Shown here piece by piece: positions 9,439 through 18,239 of a DNA stretch of 64,000 nucleotides. Source of the stretch: Aulosira sp. ZfuVER01. GTDB taxonomy: Bacteria > Cyanobacteriota > Cyanobacteriia > Cyanobacteriales > Nostocaceae. The position numbers and the translations under genes are program-made. The notes below the pieces were generated by a model, which was not told where the DNA came from, did not search any database, and was given only the letters and a program-made list of their open reading frames with translations. Positions within the stretch are counted from its first letter, which is position 1. Every line of letters starts with the position of its first letter. The stretch covers positions 32,001 to 96,000 of the forward strand of contig JAVRCV020000051.1 of the NCBI GenBank assembly GCA_034530615.2, given 5' to 3'.

Positions 9439-9616
9439 AGGCGACGTAATAAGTAGCTTCCAAACAGCCTGGAGGGAAACTAAGTTTTTCCAATTAAACC
9501 AATATTTCCAAGCTTTTTGAAAAGTGGTGTCGGCAAAGCCTACTTGAAGCAACTGTAGTTACAGAAGGCAGAATTATTTTCTAAAACCTTCTGCCCTCTG
9601 CCTTCCTTGAGTCAAG

Positions 9617-10633
9617 CTACTTGCCAAACACACTGCCAAGGGCACGAGCCATATTTTGTGGTTGCATCGCATCCATCGCTGCTGTTGGTTCATAGCCACA
9701 GTGAACCATGCAATCGGCACACTTGGGATTACCACTGGCGCGACCGTATTGGCTCCAGTCGGTATCTTCTAGCAATTCCTTGAAGGTGGAATAATATCCT
9801 TCATTTAATAGATAGCAGGGTTTTTGCCAACCAAGAACGCTGTAACTTGGGCTACCCCAAGGTGTACATTCGTAGTCTTTCTCACCAGTGAGGAAGTCTA
9901 AGAATAGAGGGTTGTGATTGAAGTTCCAGTTTTTCTCTCCAGCTTTATGGGGGGCAAGGATTTCGCGGAAAAGGGCACGTGTTTGTTCGCGCTTGAGAAA
10001 GTGATTTTGGTCTGGTGCCCATTCGTAGCTGTAGCCAGGCGAAATCATCATGCCATCAGTATCCAGGGTTTCCAGGAAGTCGAAGAACTCCTGCATTTCT
10101 TTGGGGTCAGTACCCTCAAAAATGGTCGTGTTAGTTGTGACACGAAAACCCTTAGCTTTAGCAGCGCGAATGGCTTTGACAGCAATATCAAATACGCCTT
10201 GGCGATCGACACATTGATCGTGTAACTCGCGCATCCCATCTAAATGAACGCTAAAAGTTAAGTAATGGGAAGGTTGAAATTTATCCAGGCTTTTTTCTAA
10301 CAACAAACCATTGGTACACAAGTAAATATATTTCTTGCGCTCAACTAATCCCTTAACAATCTCATCAATTTGGGGATGTAGTAGCGGTTCTCCCCCAGGA
10401 ATTGAGACAACAGGTGCGCCGCACTCTTCCACAGCGGCGAAGCACTGTTCTGGGGTTAAATTTTGCTTGAGTATCTCTGGTGGATGCTGGATTTTTCCAC
10501 AACCATTACAAGCTAGGTTACACCGGAAAAGCGGTTCCAACATCAATACTAAGGGAAAGCGTTTGCGCCCTTTCAAGCGCTGAGTCACGAGATATTTCCC
10601 GATATCTATAGCTTGTTGTAAATTAATCGCCAT
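9617..10633 (-). CDS. hpnH: Adenosyl-hopene transferase (radical SAM)
   Basis: [27 protein letters not shown]-terminal [14 protein letters not shown] 10633 preceded by GAGGAG. Confidence 0.93.
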   Translation of the reverse strand: MAINLQQAIDIGKYLVTQRLKGRKRFPLVLMLEPLFRCNLACNGCGKIQHPPEILKQNLTPEQCFAAVEECGAPVVSIPGGEPLLHPQIDEIVKGLVERKKYIYLCTNGLLLEKSLDKFQPSHYLTFSVHLDGMRELHDQCVDRQGVFDIAVKAIRAAKAKGFRVTTNTTIFEGTDPKEMQEFFDFLETLDTDGMMISPGYSYEWAPDQNHFLKREQTRALFREILAPHKAGEKNWNFNHNPLFLDFLTGEKDYECTPWGSPSYSVLGWQKPCYLLNEGYYSTFKELLEDTDWSQYGRASGNPKCADCMVHCGYEPTAAMDAMQPQNMARALGSVFGK

Positions 10634-10675
10634 CGAACTGTTCACTCCTCTGTTACGTTGAAACACACCACATTC

Positions 10676-11728
10676 TCAGCTCCCAGATAAATCTGTAGGG
10701 CCTTTAATTTTGAATTTTGAATTTTGAATTTTGAATTCCCCTAAGGGGTTGACATATCCCCTACTAACAAACCAATCAACAGCATCCTGAAGTGCTATCT
10801 TCAGGGAAGACTGAGGTAAGCCCAACTCTTGTACTGCTTTTGAGGCATCGTAGTACATTGGTTGTTGAGCCATGCGCACACCATCTAATGGTACTGAGGG
10901 TGATTTTCCCAAAGGTGCGAGAATTTTTTCATCAACCCAAGCAACGCTAAGGGGTAGCCAAGCAGGTACAGCCTTTTGCGGTGCTTTTAACCCTGTAATT
11001 TGGGCGAGTTGTTCTAAAAGTTGCTTCAGGGTGAGATTTTGATGTCCTAAAATATAGCGATCGCCTGATTTTCCTCGCTGTAAAGCTAGTAAATGCCCCC
11101 AGGCTACATCGCGCACATCAATAAAATTCAGCCCTGTATCCACATAAAATGGCATTTGCCGTCGTAAAAACCGCAAGATAATATCACCTGTTGGCGTAGG
11201 TTTAATATCCAATGGCCCGATTGGGCTACTAGGATTGACCACAACTATTTCCTGACCTGCACTAGCTGCTTGCATGGCTACTTGTTCCGCCAGAAATTTC
11301 GACTTTTTGTAGTGACCAACCAATTTTTCCAAGGGACTCTGATGAGTTTCATCTACGACTTTACCAGATTCCCCTACCCCAATTGCAGCCACCGAGCTAG
11401 TATATACAGTGCGTTCAATCCCAGCTTTTTGCGCTGCTGCTAACACATTGCGCGTACCTTGGACGTTGTGGCGGTAGAGTAACTCTTGGTCTGTTTGCCA
11501 TAGGGAATAATGAGCTGCAACATGAAATAGGTACTGACAACCCAGCATTTGCTGCCAGAGATCTGAGTCATTTAGATCTCCCTGGACAATTTCTACCTCT
11601 AGCCCTTGTAAATTCTCTAGGTTGCTGCTGGGGCGTACCAGCGCCTTCACAGCATATCCTTCTTGCCGCAACCGCCGTACTAAGTGGGCACCGATAAAAC
11701 CCGTACCCCCAGTGACAAAGGCTTGCAT
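10676..11728 (-). CDS. hpnA: Hopanoid-associated NAD-dependent epimerase/dehydratase
   Basis: MQAFVTGGTGFIG, YKKSK, IKPTPTGDII. ATG 11728 overlaps the upstream TAA (TAATG). Confidence 0.9.
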   Translation of the reverse strand: MQAFVTGGTGFIGAHLVRRLRQEGYAVKALVRPSSNLENLQGLEVEIVQGDLNDSDLWQQMLGCQYLFHVAAHYSLWQTDQELLYRHNVQGTRNVLAAAQKAGIERTVYTSSVAAIGVGESGKVVDETHQSPLEKLVGHYKKSKFLAEQVAMQAASAGQEIVVVNPSSPIGPLDIKPTPTGDIILRFLRRQMPFYVDTGLNFIDVRDVAWGHLLALQRGKSGDRYILGHQNLTLKQLLEQLAQITGLKAPQKAVPAWLPLSVAWVDEKILAPLGKSPSVPLDGVRMAQQPMYYDASKAVQELGLPQSSLKIALQDAVDWFVSRGYVNPLGEFKIQNSKFKIKGPTDLSGS

Positions 11729-14451
11729 TAGGGAATCCACCTTTTTTGAAAACGCGGAAACCAATCATCTAATATGGCGTAGACCACAGGCACAACAATT
11801 AAACTGAGGACAGTTGAAGTTACCAATCCGCCAGCGATCGCAACAGCCATAGGCGATCGCAATTCTGAACCTGCACCTAAACCTAAGGCGATGGGAACCA
11901 TACCTAAGATTGTGGCCGCAGTGGTCATCATGATTGGTCTAAGGCGCACTGGCCCGGCTTTGAGGATAGCGTCTTTACGTTCCAGCCCAGAGTTACGCAA
12001 TTGGTTGATGTAATCCACAATCAGAATGGCATTCTTATTGGTGATACCCAACAAAAACACAAAGCCAATCAGTGAAATCATGCCGAAATCACTCTTAGTT
12101 ATTAGTAGCGCCAGCATCGCCCCCACCAAAGCTAAGGGCAAAGAAATGCCAATCACTACAGGGTCTACCCAGCTTTTAAATAGCCAAATCAGTACCACCA
12201 CAATGCAAAGAGCTGATAGAGCTAAGGTAGTGCCGAAACTGCCAAAAACTTCACCCAAACGGGCAGAATCTCCTCCCAGGTCTAAAGACACACCTGAAGG
12301 CAATACAGCTTTAGCTTCTGCTACTACCTTATCAGTAGCATCACCTAAAGACATATCTTTGCCCAGGTTAGCGCCAATATAAGCTACTCGTTGATTATTC
12401 AGTCTCTCAATCTGAAAAATTTGATCGTTTTGATTGCTTTCACCTGTAACAGTAACATCAGCAAATCCCGATAGTTTTACTAATCTGTCTTTAATTGCTT
12501 TAGCTGCCTTGCTGAGTTCTTTGAGGTCATTACCTCTTAATGCCAACTGTAAGGGTTTTTGACCACCAGTATCAACAAATTGAATATCTTCCACACTGGT
12601 TGTTACATTCGGCAGATTTGGTAAAGAAGTACGGAATTGCTCTTGTAATTCCGCAGTTGTGATTTTGCGGTCTTCCTTGAGCTTGACATAAATTGTGCCT
12701 TTATTTGGCTCACCTTCACGGGAACCAACGGTGGTAAATACTGTTTCTACAGCTGGTGATTTTCTTACGACCTCTTCCAGTTTCTTAGCAACTTGCAGAG
12801 AATCGTCTAAAGGATTAGAAATTGGCCGTTGGGATTGGGCATTAGCAATTTGTGAATTAGCTATTTCCCCTTGTCCCCCTTGTCCTGCTTGTGCTTGTGC
12901 TGCCTGTGCCTGTGCTGCCTTTAAATGCTCAGGTAAACTCAGGAGAGGAGCAGTGTAGGTAATATTAAATTCACCGCGATCGAGTTTGGGAATAAATCCC
13001 TTGGGAATCATGGGAACGATCGCTATACCCGCAATGAAGCTGAGTAAAGCTAAACTCATGACTATGCGCTTGTGATCCAAAGACCAAGACAGCAAATCTC
13101 GGTAACTTTGGGCAAAGCCAATCCATAGCTTAGATTCGCGACGGCGAGAATGGGACGATGCGGGTTTGAGCCAGTAGATAGAAAGTACCGGCGACAAAGT
13201 CCTGGCTACTAGCAACGAAGCCAGCATAGCAGCAGAAACAGTAATACCAAAGGGTTTGAAGAATTGACCAATTACTCCACCCATCAACCCAATTGGCAGA
13301 AAAACTGCGACTGCGGTAAAAGTTGCGGCTGTGACTGTCAGTCCAATTTCATTGGTAGCAATCAGCGCCGCTTGGCGGGGAGTTTCACCATCTTCGACGT
13401 GGCGCATGATGTTTTCTACATCCACAATCGCGTCATCGACAATACTACCAATCACCAAAGCCAAGGCTAACAGGGTAATGGTTTCTAGGTTGAAGCCAAA
13501 AAACGCCATGACTATAAATGTTGCCAACAAAGATGTCGGAATCGCCAAGGCAGAAATTAAGGTAGCTTGCCAATTCCACAAAAAGGGAAAGATGACAATT
13601 ACCGATAACACAATTGCTTCAATCAAAGCGTCGATTGTGGAATGGGTGGCGTTGCGGATATACTCAGCCTGAGTGGCGGCTAAAGTGAGTTGGACATCCT
13701 TGAGAGAAGACTGCAGCTTTTGGACTTCTTGCTCAACTCGGCTCACCACTTCCAAAGTATTGGCTGTGCCTTTTTTTATTACCTGAAATGCCAAAGCATC
13801 TTTACCGTTGAAGCGCACTAAGGTAGACCCGCCTTCCGGTAAAGCAGCTGTATTGGCTGCTAGCTGGGGAGGAGAAGTACTAGGCGCACCCAACAGCACT
13901 ACTTTTAGTACTCCTGGTAGTTTAGCGATCGCTGGCTGAATTTTGTCTTTTGCCAACTTCGTCAAATCAGTAAGATTCCCAGAAGGATTCTCAATGGCAT
14001 AACTAATGGCAGCTGACTCATTCAGATTCAGGGGAATAATTTTATAATTTGCTCCCTTAGTTAGAGTCAACTTTTTGAGCGCATTCTCGACTTTGCGTGT
14101 GGAATTTTCGAGATTTGTCCCGACAACAAAAGACAAACTAACCGCAGTTTGCCCTGGATAAGTGGATGAGCGAATATCCTCAATTCCTTCCAGTGATTGC
14201 AAACGCTGTTCTATTGGTTGAGTAAGTTTTGTCTCTGTATCCAGGGCTGATTCTATGGGGGCAGTAGCATTTACGACCACCACAGGAAAAGTAATGTCTG
14301 GAAACAAAGCATACTTGAGGGAACTGAAAGCCAAAAGCCCAGCTACCGTCACGGCAATCCAAAAACCTACCGTCAGCCACGAAAATTCAATCGCCAATCT
14401 AGAAATATTGAAGCGTTCTCGTGCAGATTTTGAGCTATTAGGCTTGACCAT
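11728..14451 (-). CDS. RND-family (AcrB/AcrD-like) transporter permease, 907 aa
   Basis: IGSIVDDAIVDVENI, GITNKNAILIVDY, RLRPIMMTT, PMAVAIAGGL. Confidence 0.92.
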   Translation of the reverse strand: MVKPNSSKSARERFNISRLAIEFSWLTVGFWIAVTVAGLLAFSSLKYALFPDITFPVVVVNATAPIESALDTETKLTQPIEQRLQSLEGIEDIRSSTYPGQTAVSLSFVVGTNLENSTRKVENALKKLTLTKGANYKIIPLNLNESAAISYAIENPSGNLTDLTKLAKDKIQPAIAKLPGVLKVVLLGAPSTSPPQLAANTAALPEGGSTLVRFNGKDALAFQVIKKGTANTLEVVSRVEQEVQKLQSSLKDVQLTLAATQAEYIRNATHSTIDALIEAIVLSVIVIFPFLWNWQATLISALAIPTSLLATFIVMAFFGFNLETITLLALALVIGSIVDDAIVDVENIMRHVEDGETPRQAALIATNEIGLTVTAATFTAVAVFLPIGLMGGVIGQFFKPFGITVSAAMLASLLVARTLSPVLSIYWLKPASSHSRRRESKLWIGFAQSYRDLLSWSLDHKRIVMSLALLSFIAGIAIVPMIPKGFIPKLDRGEFNITYTAPLLSLPEHLKAAQAQAAQAQAGQGGQGEIANSQIANAQSQRPISNPLDDSLQVAKKLEEVVRKSPAVETVFTTVGSREGEPNKGTIYVKLKEDRKITTAELQEQFRTSLPNLPNVTTSVEDIQFVDTGGQKPLQLALRGNDLKELSKAAKAIKDRLVKLSGFADVTVTGESNQNDQIFQIERLNNQRVAYIGANLGKDMSLGDATDKVVAEAKAVLPSGVSLDLGGDSARLGEVFGSFGTTLALSALCIVVVLIWLFKSWVDPVVIGISLPLALVGAMLALLITKSDFGMISLIGFVFLLGITNKNAILIVDYINQLRNSGLERKDAILKAGPVRLRPIMMTTAATILGMVPIALGLGAGSELRSPMAVAIAGGLVTSTVLSLIVVPVVYAILDDWFPRFQKRWIP

Positions 14452-14566
14452 CTTGGAAAATCATCGTGCGGGTGACACAATTATTGTCATGCTACAGTAA
14501 TCACTTGCAGTTTGCGAGTTCGGGTACTCCCCAATCAGCAATATTGCTGATTGTTCTAACCTTGGT

Positions 14567-15031
14567 ATGACTCAATCTTTAGCTTTTGGGCTGTTTGGAA
14601 TTGCCCATGATCCTAAAGTATTGCTTGAGCAACTCTTCACAATTTTCGATCCAATTTTGGACAAAGAAGCTCGGTATATTGTCTTTTTTGTCAAATGGTT
14701 TACCTATATCCAAATTAATCGCGGTCAAGGACTTTTACCTCTGCGGATCGTCAGAACTCTCTAGTATTACGGAAAAGCACTGAGCAATTTAATTACCGCC
14801 TTTGGCGATTCCGATTCCAGTGGTATTGGTTTCACCGCTACTAGCGCAAGCACTTTCACCGACGACCTGACATTAGAAAAGTTTCTCGGAGTGTGCATTC
14901 AAGAAAATCGTCAAAGGATGAGTAAGTATGATTCCCGACTACTCAATCCAGAATTAATGCCCAGACTTGCTAGTATTGCGTTACGCACTTTTCAATTAAT
15001 ACCCCACCGACTCAAGCCTCAAACTGTATAA
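14567..15031 (+). pseudogene. 5'-truncated ferritin-like domain protein with an internal stop
   Basis: SLAFGLFGIA...LFTIFDPILDKEARYIVFFVKWF (degenerate DEEARH-type motif). TAG at 14762-14764, then the same frame stays open (YYGKALSNL...CIQENRQRMSKYDSRLLNPELMP) to TAA 15031. Confidence 0.6.
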
Positions 15032-15091
15032 AGGGCGTGTGGGGAAAGTGGAGAGAAATGGGACAAGGGAGAAACTGCGTTGTAAACTTAT

Positions 15092-15418
15092 GAGGCTTTT
15101 AGCTCCGTGAACGAGGCTTTTAGCTCCGTTAATGAGGCTTTTTGCTCCGCTAACGAGGCTTTTAACTCCGTGAACGAGGCTTTGAACTCCGTTCGCGAGT
15201 CTTTTAGCTCCGTTAATGAGGCTTTTTGCTCCGTTGACGAGTCTTTTAGCTCCGTGAATGAGGCTTTTAGCTCCGTGAACGAGTCTTTTAGCTCCGTTGA
15301 CGAGGCTTTTAGCTCCATTAATGAGTCTTTTAGCTCCATTAATGAGGCTTTTAGCTCCGTGAACGAGGCTTTTAGCTCTGTTAATGAGGCTTTTAGCTCC
15401 GTTAATGAGGCTTTTAGC
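15092..15418. repeat. 21-bp tandem repeat, 15 full units plus a partial one
   Basis: Consensus GAGGCTTTTAGCTCCGTKAAY, contiguous, no spacers. Confidence 0.97.
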
Positions 15419-15454
15419 CTTGAAAATCTGAGCTTGACCAATGACTAATAACAA

Positions 15455-16147
15455 ATGACAGACATCCAACTAATTCTTGTACCCCAAGGAGCAGAGTATA
15501 AAGCTGTGAGTCGTGGCTTAACCCGTGTCACTAGCTCAAATACCACTGTAGTTCCTATTCCCGTGGGTGTAAAAGCTCTAAGCGCATATCTGCACAAATT
15601 GCAACAGGATGGAAGGTTGCGGAATCAACCACAAGCGAAAGTGCTATTGATGGGTTTGTGTGGTAGTTTATCCCCCAGCTACCCTGTAGGAAAAATCGTG
15701 TTGTATGAAAACTGTGTTTATCAGGGGAATGTGCGCGAGTGCAATGGCACTTTCACAGCACAGTTGTACTCAGCACTCAAAACTCATATCTCAGCACTCG
15801 ATTTAGTTAAGGGACTAACAAGCGATCGCGTGCTTTGTTCCGCTGTGGAAAAACGCCAACTTGGTGAGACTCTAGGAGCTGATGTTGTAGATATGGAAGG
15901 ATTTGCAGTTTTAGAGTTTTTCCATCAAGTGGGGGCATCAGTAGCAATGTTGCGTGTAGTCAGCGATGATTGTCAACATGATATCCCTGACCTGACATCG
16001 GCAATCAGCCCTGATGGTTCCCTGAAGCCTTTACCCCTAACATTAACATTACTTCGACAACCTATTGCGGCTACCCGTTTAATTCGAGGTTCCTTACAAG
16101 GATTGAAAGTATTAGAGGAAGTAACCGCGTTATTATTTTCTAGTTAA
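15455..16147 (+). CDS. Nucleoside phosphorylase family protein (HpnG-like)
   Basis: LLMGLCGSL, GADVVDMEG, LRVVSDD; located inside the hopanoid cluster. Confidence 0.8.
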   Translation: MTDIQLILVPQGAEYKAVSRGLTRVTSSNTTVVPIPVGVKALSAYLHKLQQDGRLRNQPQAKVLLMGLCGSLSPSYPVGKIVLYENCVYQGNVRECNGTFTAQLYSALKTHISALDLVKGLTSDRVLCSAVEKRQLGETLGADVVDMEGFAVLEFFHQVGASVAMLRVVSDDCQHDIPDLTSAISPDGSLKPLPLTLTLLRQPIAATRLIRGSLQGLKVLEEVTALLFSS

Positions 16148-16233
16148 TATCAGCCCCTTCTTGTGTTTTCTGGCAGAAAATAAATTTATGGATGTGCAGT
16201 GCAGTCGGTGAACAAAAAACGGGAACTACCCTT

Positions 16234-16812
16234 ATGACGCCACTTACATTAAACCTCAATTCTGTAATTAAACTGACTTCAGAAGAGTTTTATCAGCTGT
16301 GTCAAGATAACCCTGATTTAAAGCTAGAACGTAATGCCGCCGGAGAACTAATTATCATGCCGCCTACTGGAGGAGAAACGGGAAAAAGAAATTCTACTAT
16401 TAATGCACAACTGTGGCTATGGAATGAAGAAAACCAGCTGGGAGAAGTTTTTGATTCTTCTACGGGATTTACTTTACCAAATGGGGCTGACCGTTCTCCT
16501 GATGTGTCTTGGGTTGAGAAAAGTCGTTGGAATTCTTTAACTAAAGAACAAAGAGAGAAATTTATTCCTCTATGTCCTGATTTTGTAATTGAAATACTTT
16601 CACCATCAGACAGATTGCCAAAAGTTCAAGAAAAGATGCAAGAGTATTTAGATAATGGCTGTCGTTTAGGTTTATTGATTAATCGAAAAAAGCAAGAATT
16701 AGAAATATATCGTCCTAATCAAAAAGTTGAAATTTTACAAGCTCCTCAAACTTTTGCCGCAGAAGATGTCTTACCTGGATTTATATTAAATATGCAAAAA
16801 ATTTGGCAATAA
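16234..16812 (+). CDS. Uma2-family PD-(D/E)XK endonuclease
   Basis: GELIIMPPTGGETG, FDSSTGFTLPNGADRSPDVSWV, CPDFVIEILSPSD. Confidence 0.92.
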   Translation: MTPLTLNLNSVIKLTSEEFYQLCQDNPDLKLERNAAGELIIMPPTGGETGKRNSTINAQLWLWNEENQLGEVFDSSTGFTLPNGADRSPDVSWVEKSRWNSLTKEQREKFIPLCPDFVIEILSPSDRLPKVQEKMQEYLDNGCRLGLLINRKKQELEIYRPNQKVEILQAPQTFAAEDVLPGFILNMQKIWQ

Positions 16813-16873
16813 AGGACAGCAATATCGCTATCATAAGCGTGATAGCAATACGGCTTACCTGTGAAGATTAATG

Positions 16874-16960
16874 AGAATTACCAATAGAATTACCAATAGA
16901 ATTACTAATTGGTAATTGAAAATTCATGAATTACAAATTACGAATTACGAATTACGAATT
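16874..16960. repeat. STRR-type repeats between convergent genes
   Basis: (GAATTACCAATA)x2 and (AATTACG)n. Confidence 0.75.
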
Positions 16961-16968
16961 ATCTGGGG

Positions 16969-18138
16969 TCAACCAGGGTAAACGCGACCTTTCCAAGCAC
17001 CACCGCGTCCTTGCCAGTGACGTATAGCTGAATCTATGGTCATTAATGTATAAAGAAAGGCGATCGCGGGTAAGCAAAACGCTAGCCAGGTAGGACATTT
17101 ATAAAAGCGGATAGTAGGAAAGTAAGCTAAGGTCATTAACAACCAAGCTGATAAACTCACAAGAGCGATCGCCCAATTCCCTGTTAAACCCCCTAAGATA
17201 GCAGCTATTGGTGGAATTAAATAAATTAAAGTCATCGCTAAGACTGTGCCAACTAATAGCAAAGGTGAATAATTGAGTTGGGTGTAAGCAGTACGCGCCA
17301 CCATATCCCATACTGTATCTAGGCTGGTATAAGGACGTAAACTCCGAGTTAAAGTACTTAATCCTAGCCAAATATGTCCTCTACCATTTTTGCCTAACTT
17401 GACTGCATGAGCTAAGGCACAATCATCAATTAAAGCTTGGCGAATCGCTGCAATTCCACCAATACGCTCAAGTGCTTGTTTGCGAATTAAAATAGATCCG
17501 CCAGCAGCAGCGGCGGTGGGGTTTTTGGGATGATTAACCCAGCGGAAAGGATAGAGTTTTTGAAAGAAAAACACGAAAGCCGGAATCAAAAGTTTTTCCC
17601 AAAAATTTTCACATCTGAGCCGCACCATCACTGAAACTAAATCTAAATCTTCTTGTTCAGCTTTCGCTACTAATCGGCGGAGACTACCCAAGTCATGTTC
17701 AATATCTGCATCTGTAAGTAAAAAATAATCAGGTGTAAACTCATTAGCTATTTGAATACCTTGCTCAACAGCCCAGAGTTTGCCACTCCAGCCAGGAGGT
17801 AAGGATTTGCCGGAAATAATATGCAGTTTTTCGGGTTGATTTAAGGCGCAAGCAACTCCTTGAGCAAAATCGGCTGTCCCGTCGGTGCTGCGATCGTCTA
17901 CCAAAAAAACGTTAAAATCACCAGGATAGTCTTGAAGTAAAAGCGATCGCAGGGTGAGTGGTAGCAATTCGGCTTCGTTACGCGCTGGAATTACCACACA
18001 AATCCTCGGCAAAGATAATAAGGGGATTTCTTTTGCTTCTAATTTCTGGTCAGATCGCCAAAACTGCCCCCGAAAACTCAGTAATCCTATCCAAATTAAT
18101 AAAGATAAAACTGTGAGTGCTAATACAAATGCCGCCAT
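16969..18138 (-). CDS. hpnB: Hopene-associated GT2 glycosyltransferase
   Basis: VIPARNEA, VDDRSTDGT, LPPGWSGKLWA, LTDADI, LIDDCALA, GRGGAWKGRVY. Confidence 0.88.
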   Translation of the reverse strand: MAAFVLALTVLSLLIWIGLLSFRGQFWRSDQKLEAKEIPLLSLPRICVVIPARNEAELLPLTLRSLLLQDYPGDFNVFLVDDRSTDGTADFAQGVACALNQPEKLHIISGKSLPPGWSGKLWAVEQGIQIANEFTPDYFLLTDADIEHDLGSLRRLVAKAEQEDLDLVSVMVRLRCENFWEKLLIPAFVFFFQKLYPFRWVNHPKNPTAAAAGGSILIRKQALERIGGIAAIRQALIDDCALAHAVKLGKNGRGHIWLGLSTLTRSLRPYTSLDTVWDMVARTAYTQLNYSPLLLVGTVLAMTLIYLIPPIAAILGGLTGNWAIALVSLSAWLLMTLAYFPTIRFYKCPTWLAFCLPAIAFLYTLMTIDSAIRHWQGRGGAWKGRVYPG

Positions 18139-18239
18139 GACCTATTGCCCATTCTCAATGTCTCAGACAGAATACTATGTCTGCTGATTATGGGAAAATA
18201 TTTTTCACCGTTGTGGTGTTGAGGTGAAATAGTATTTCG

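Noticed and set aside
15092..15418. CRISPR array
   Set aside because: Units are contiguous with no unique spacers, and there are no cas genes in the window.
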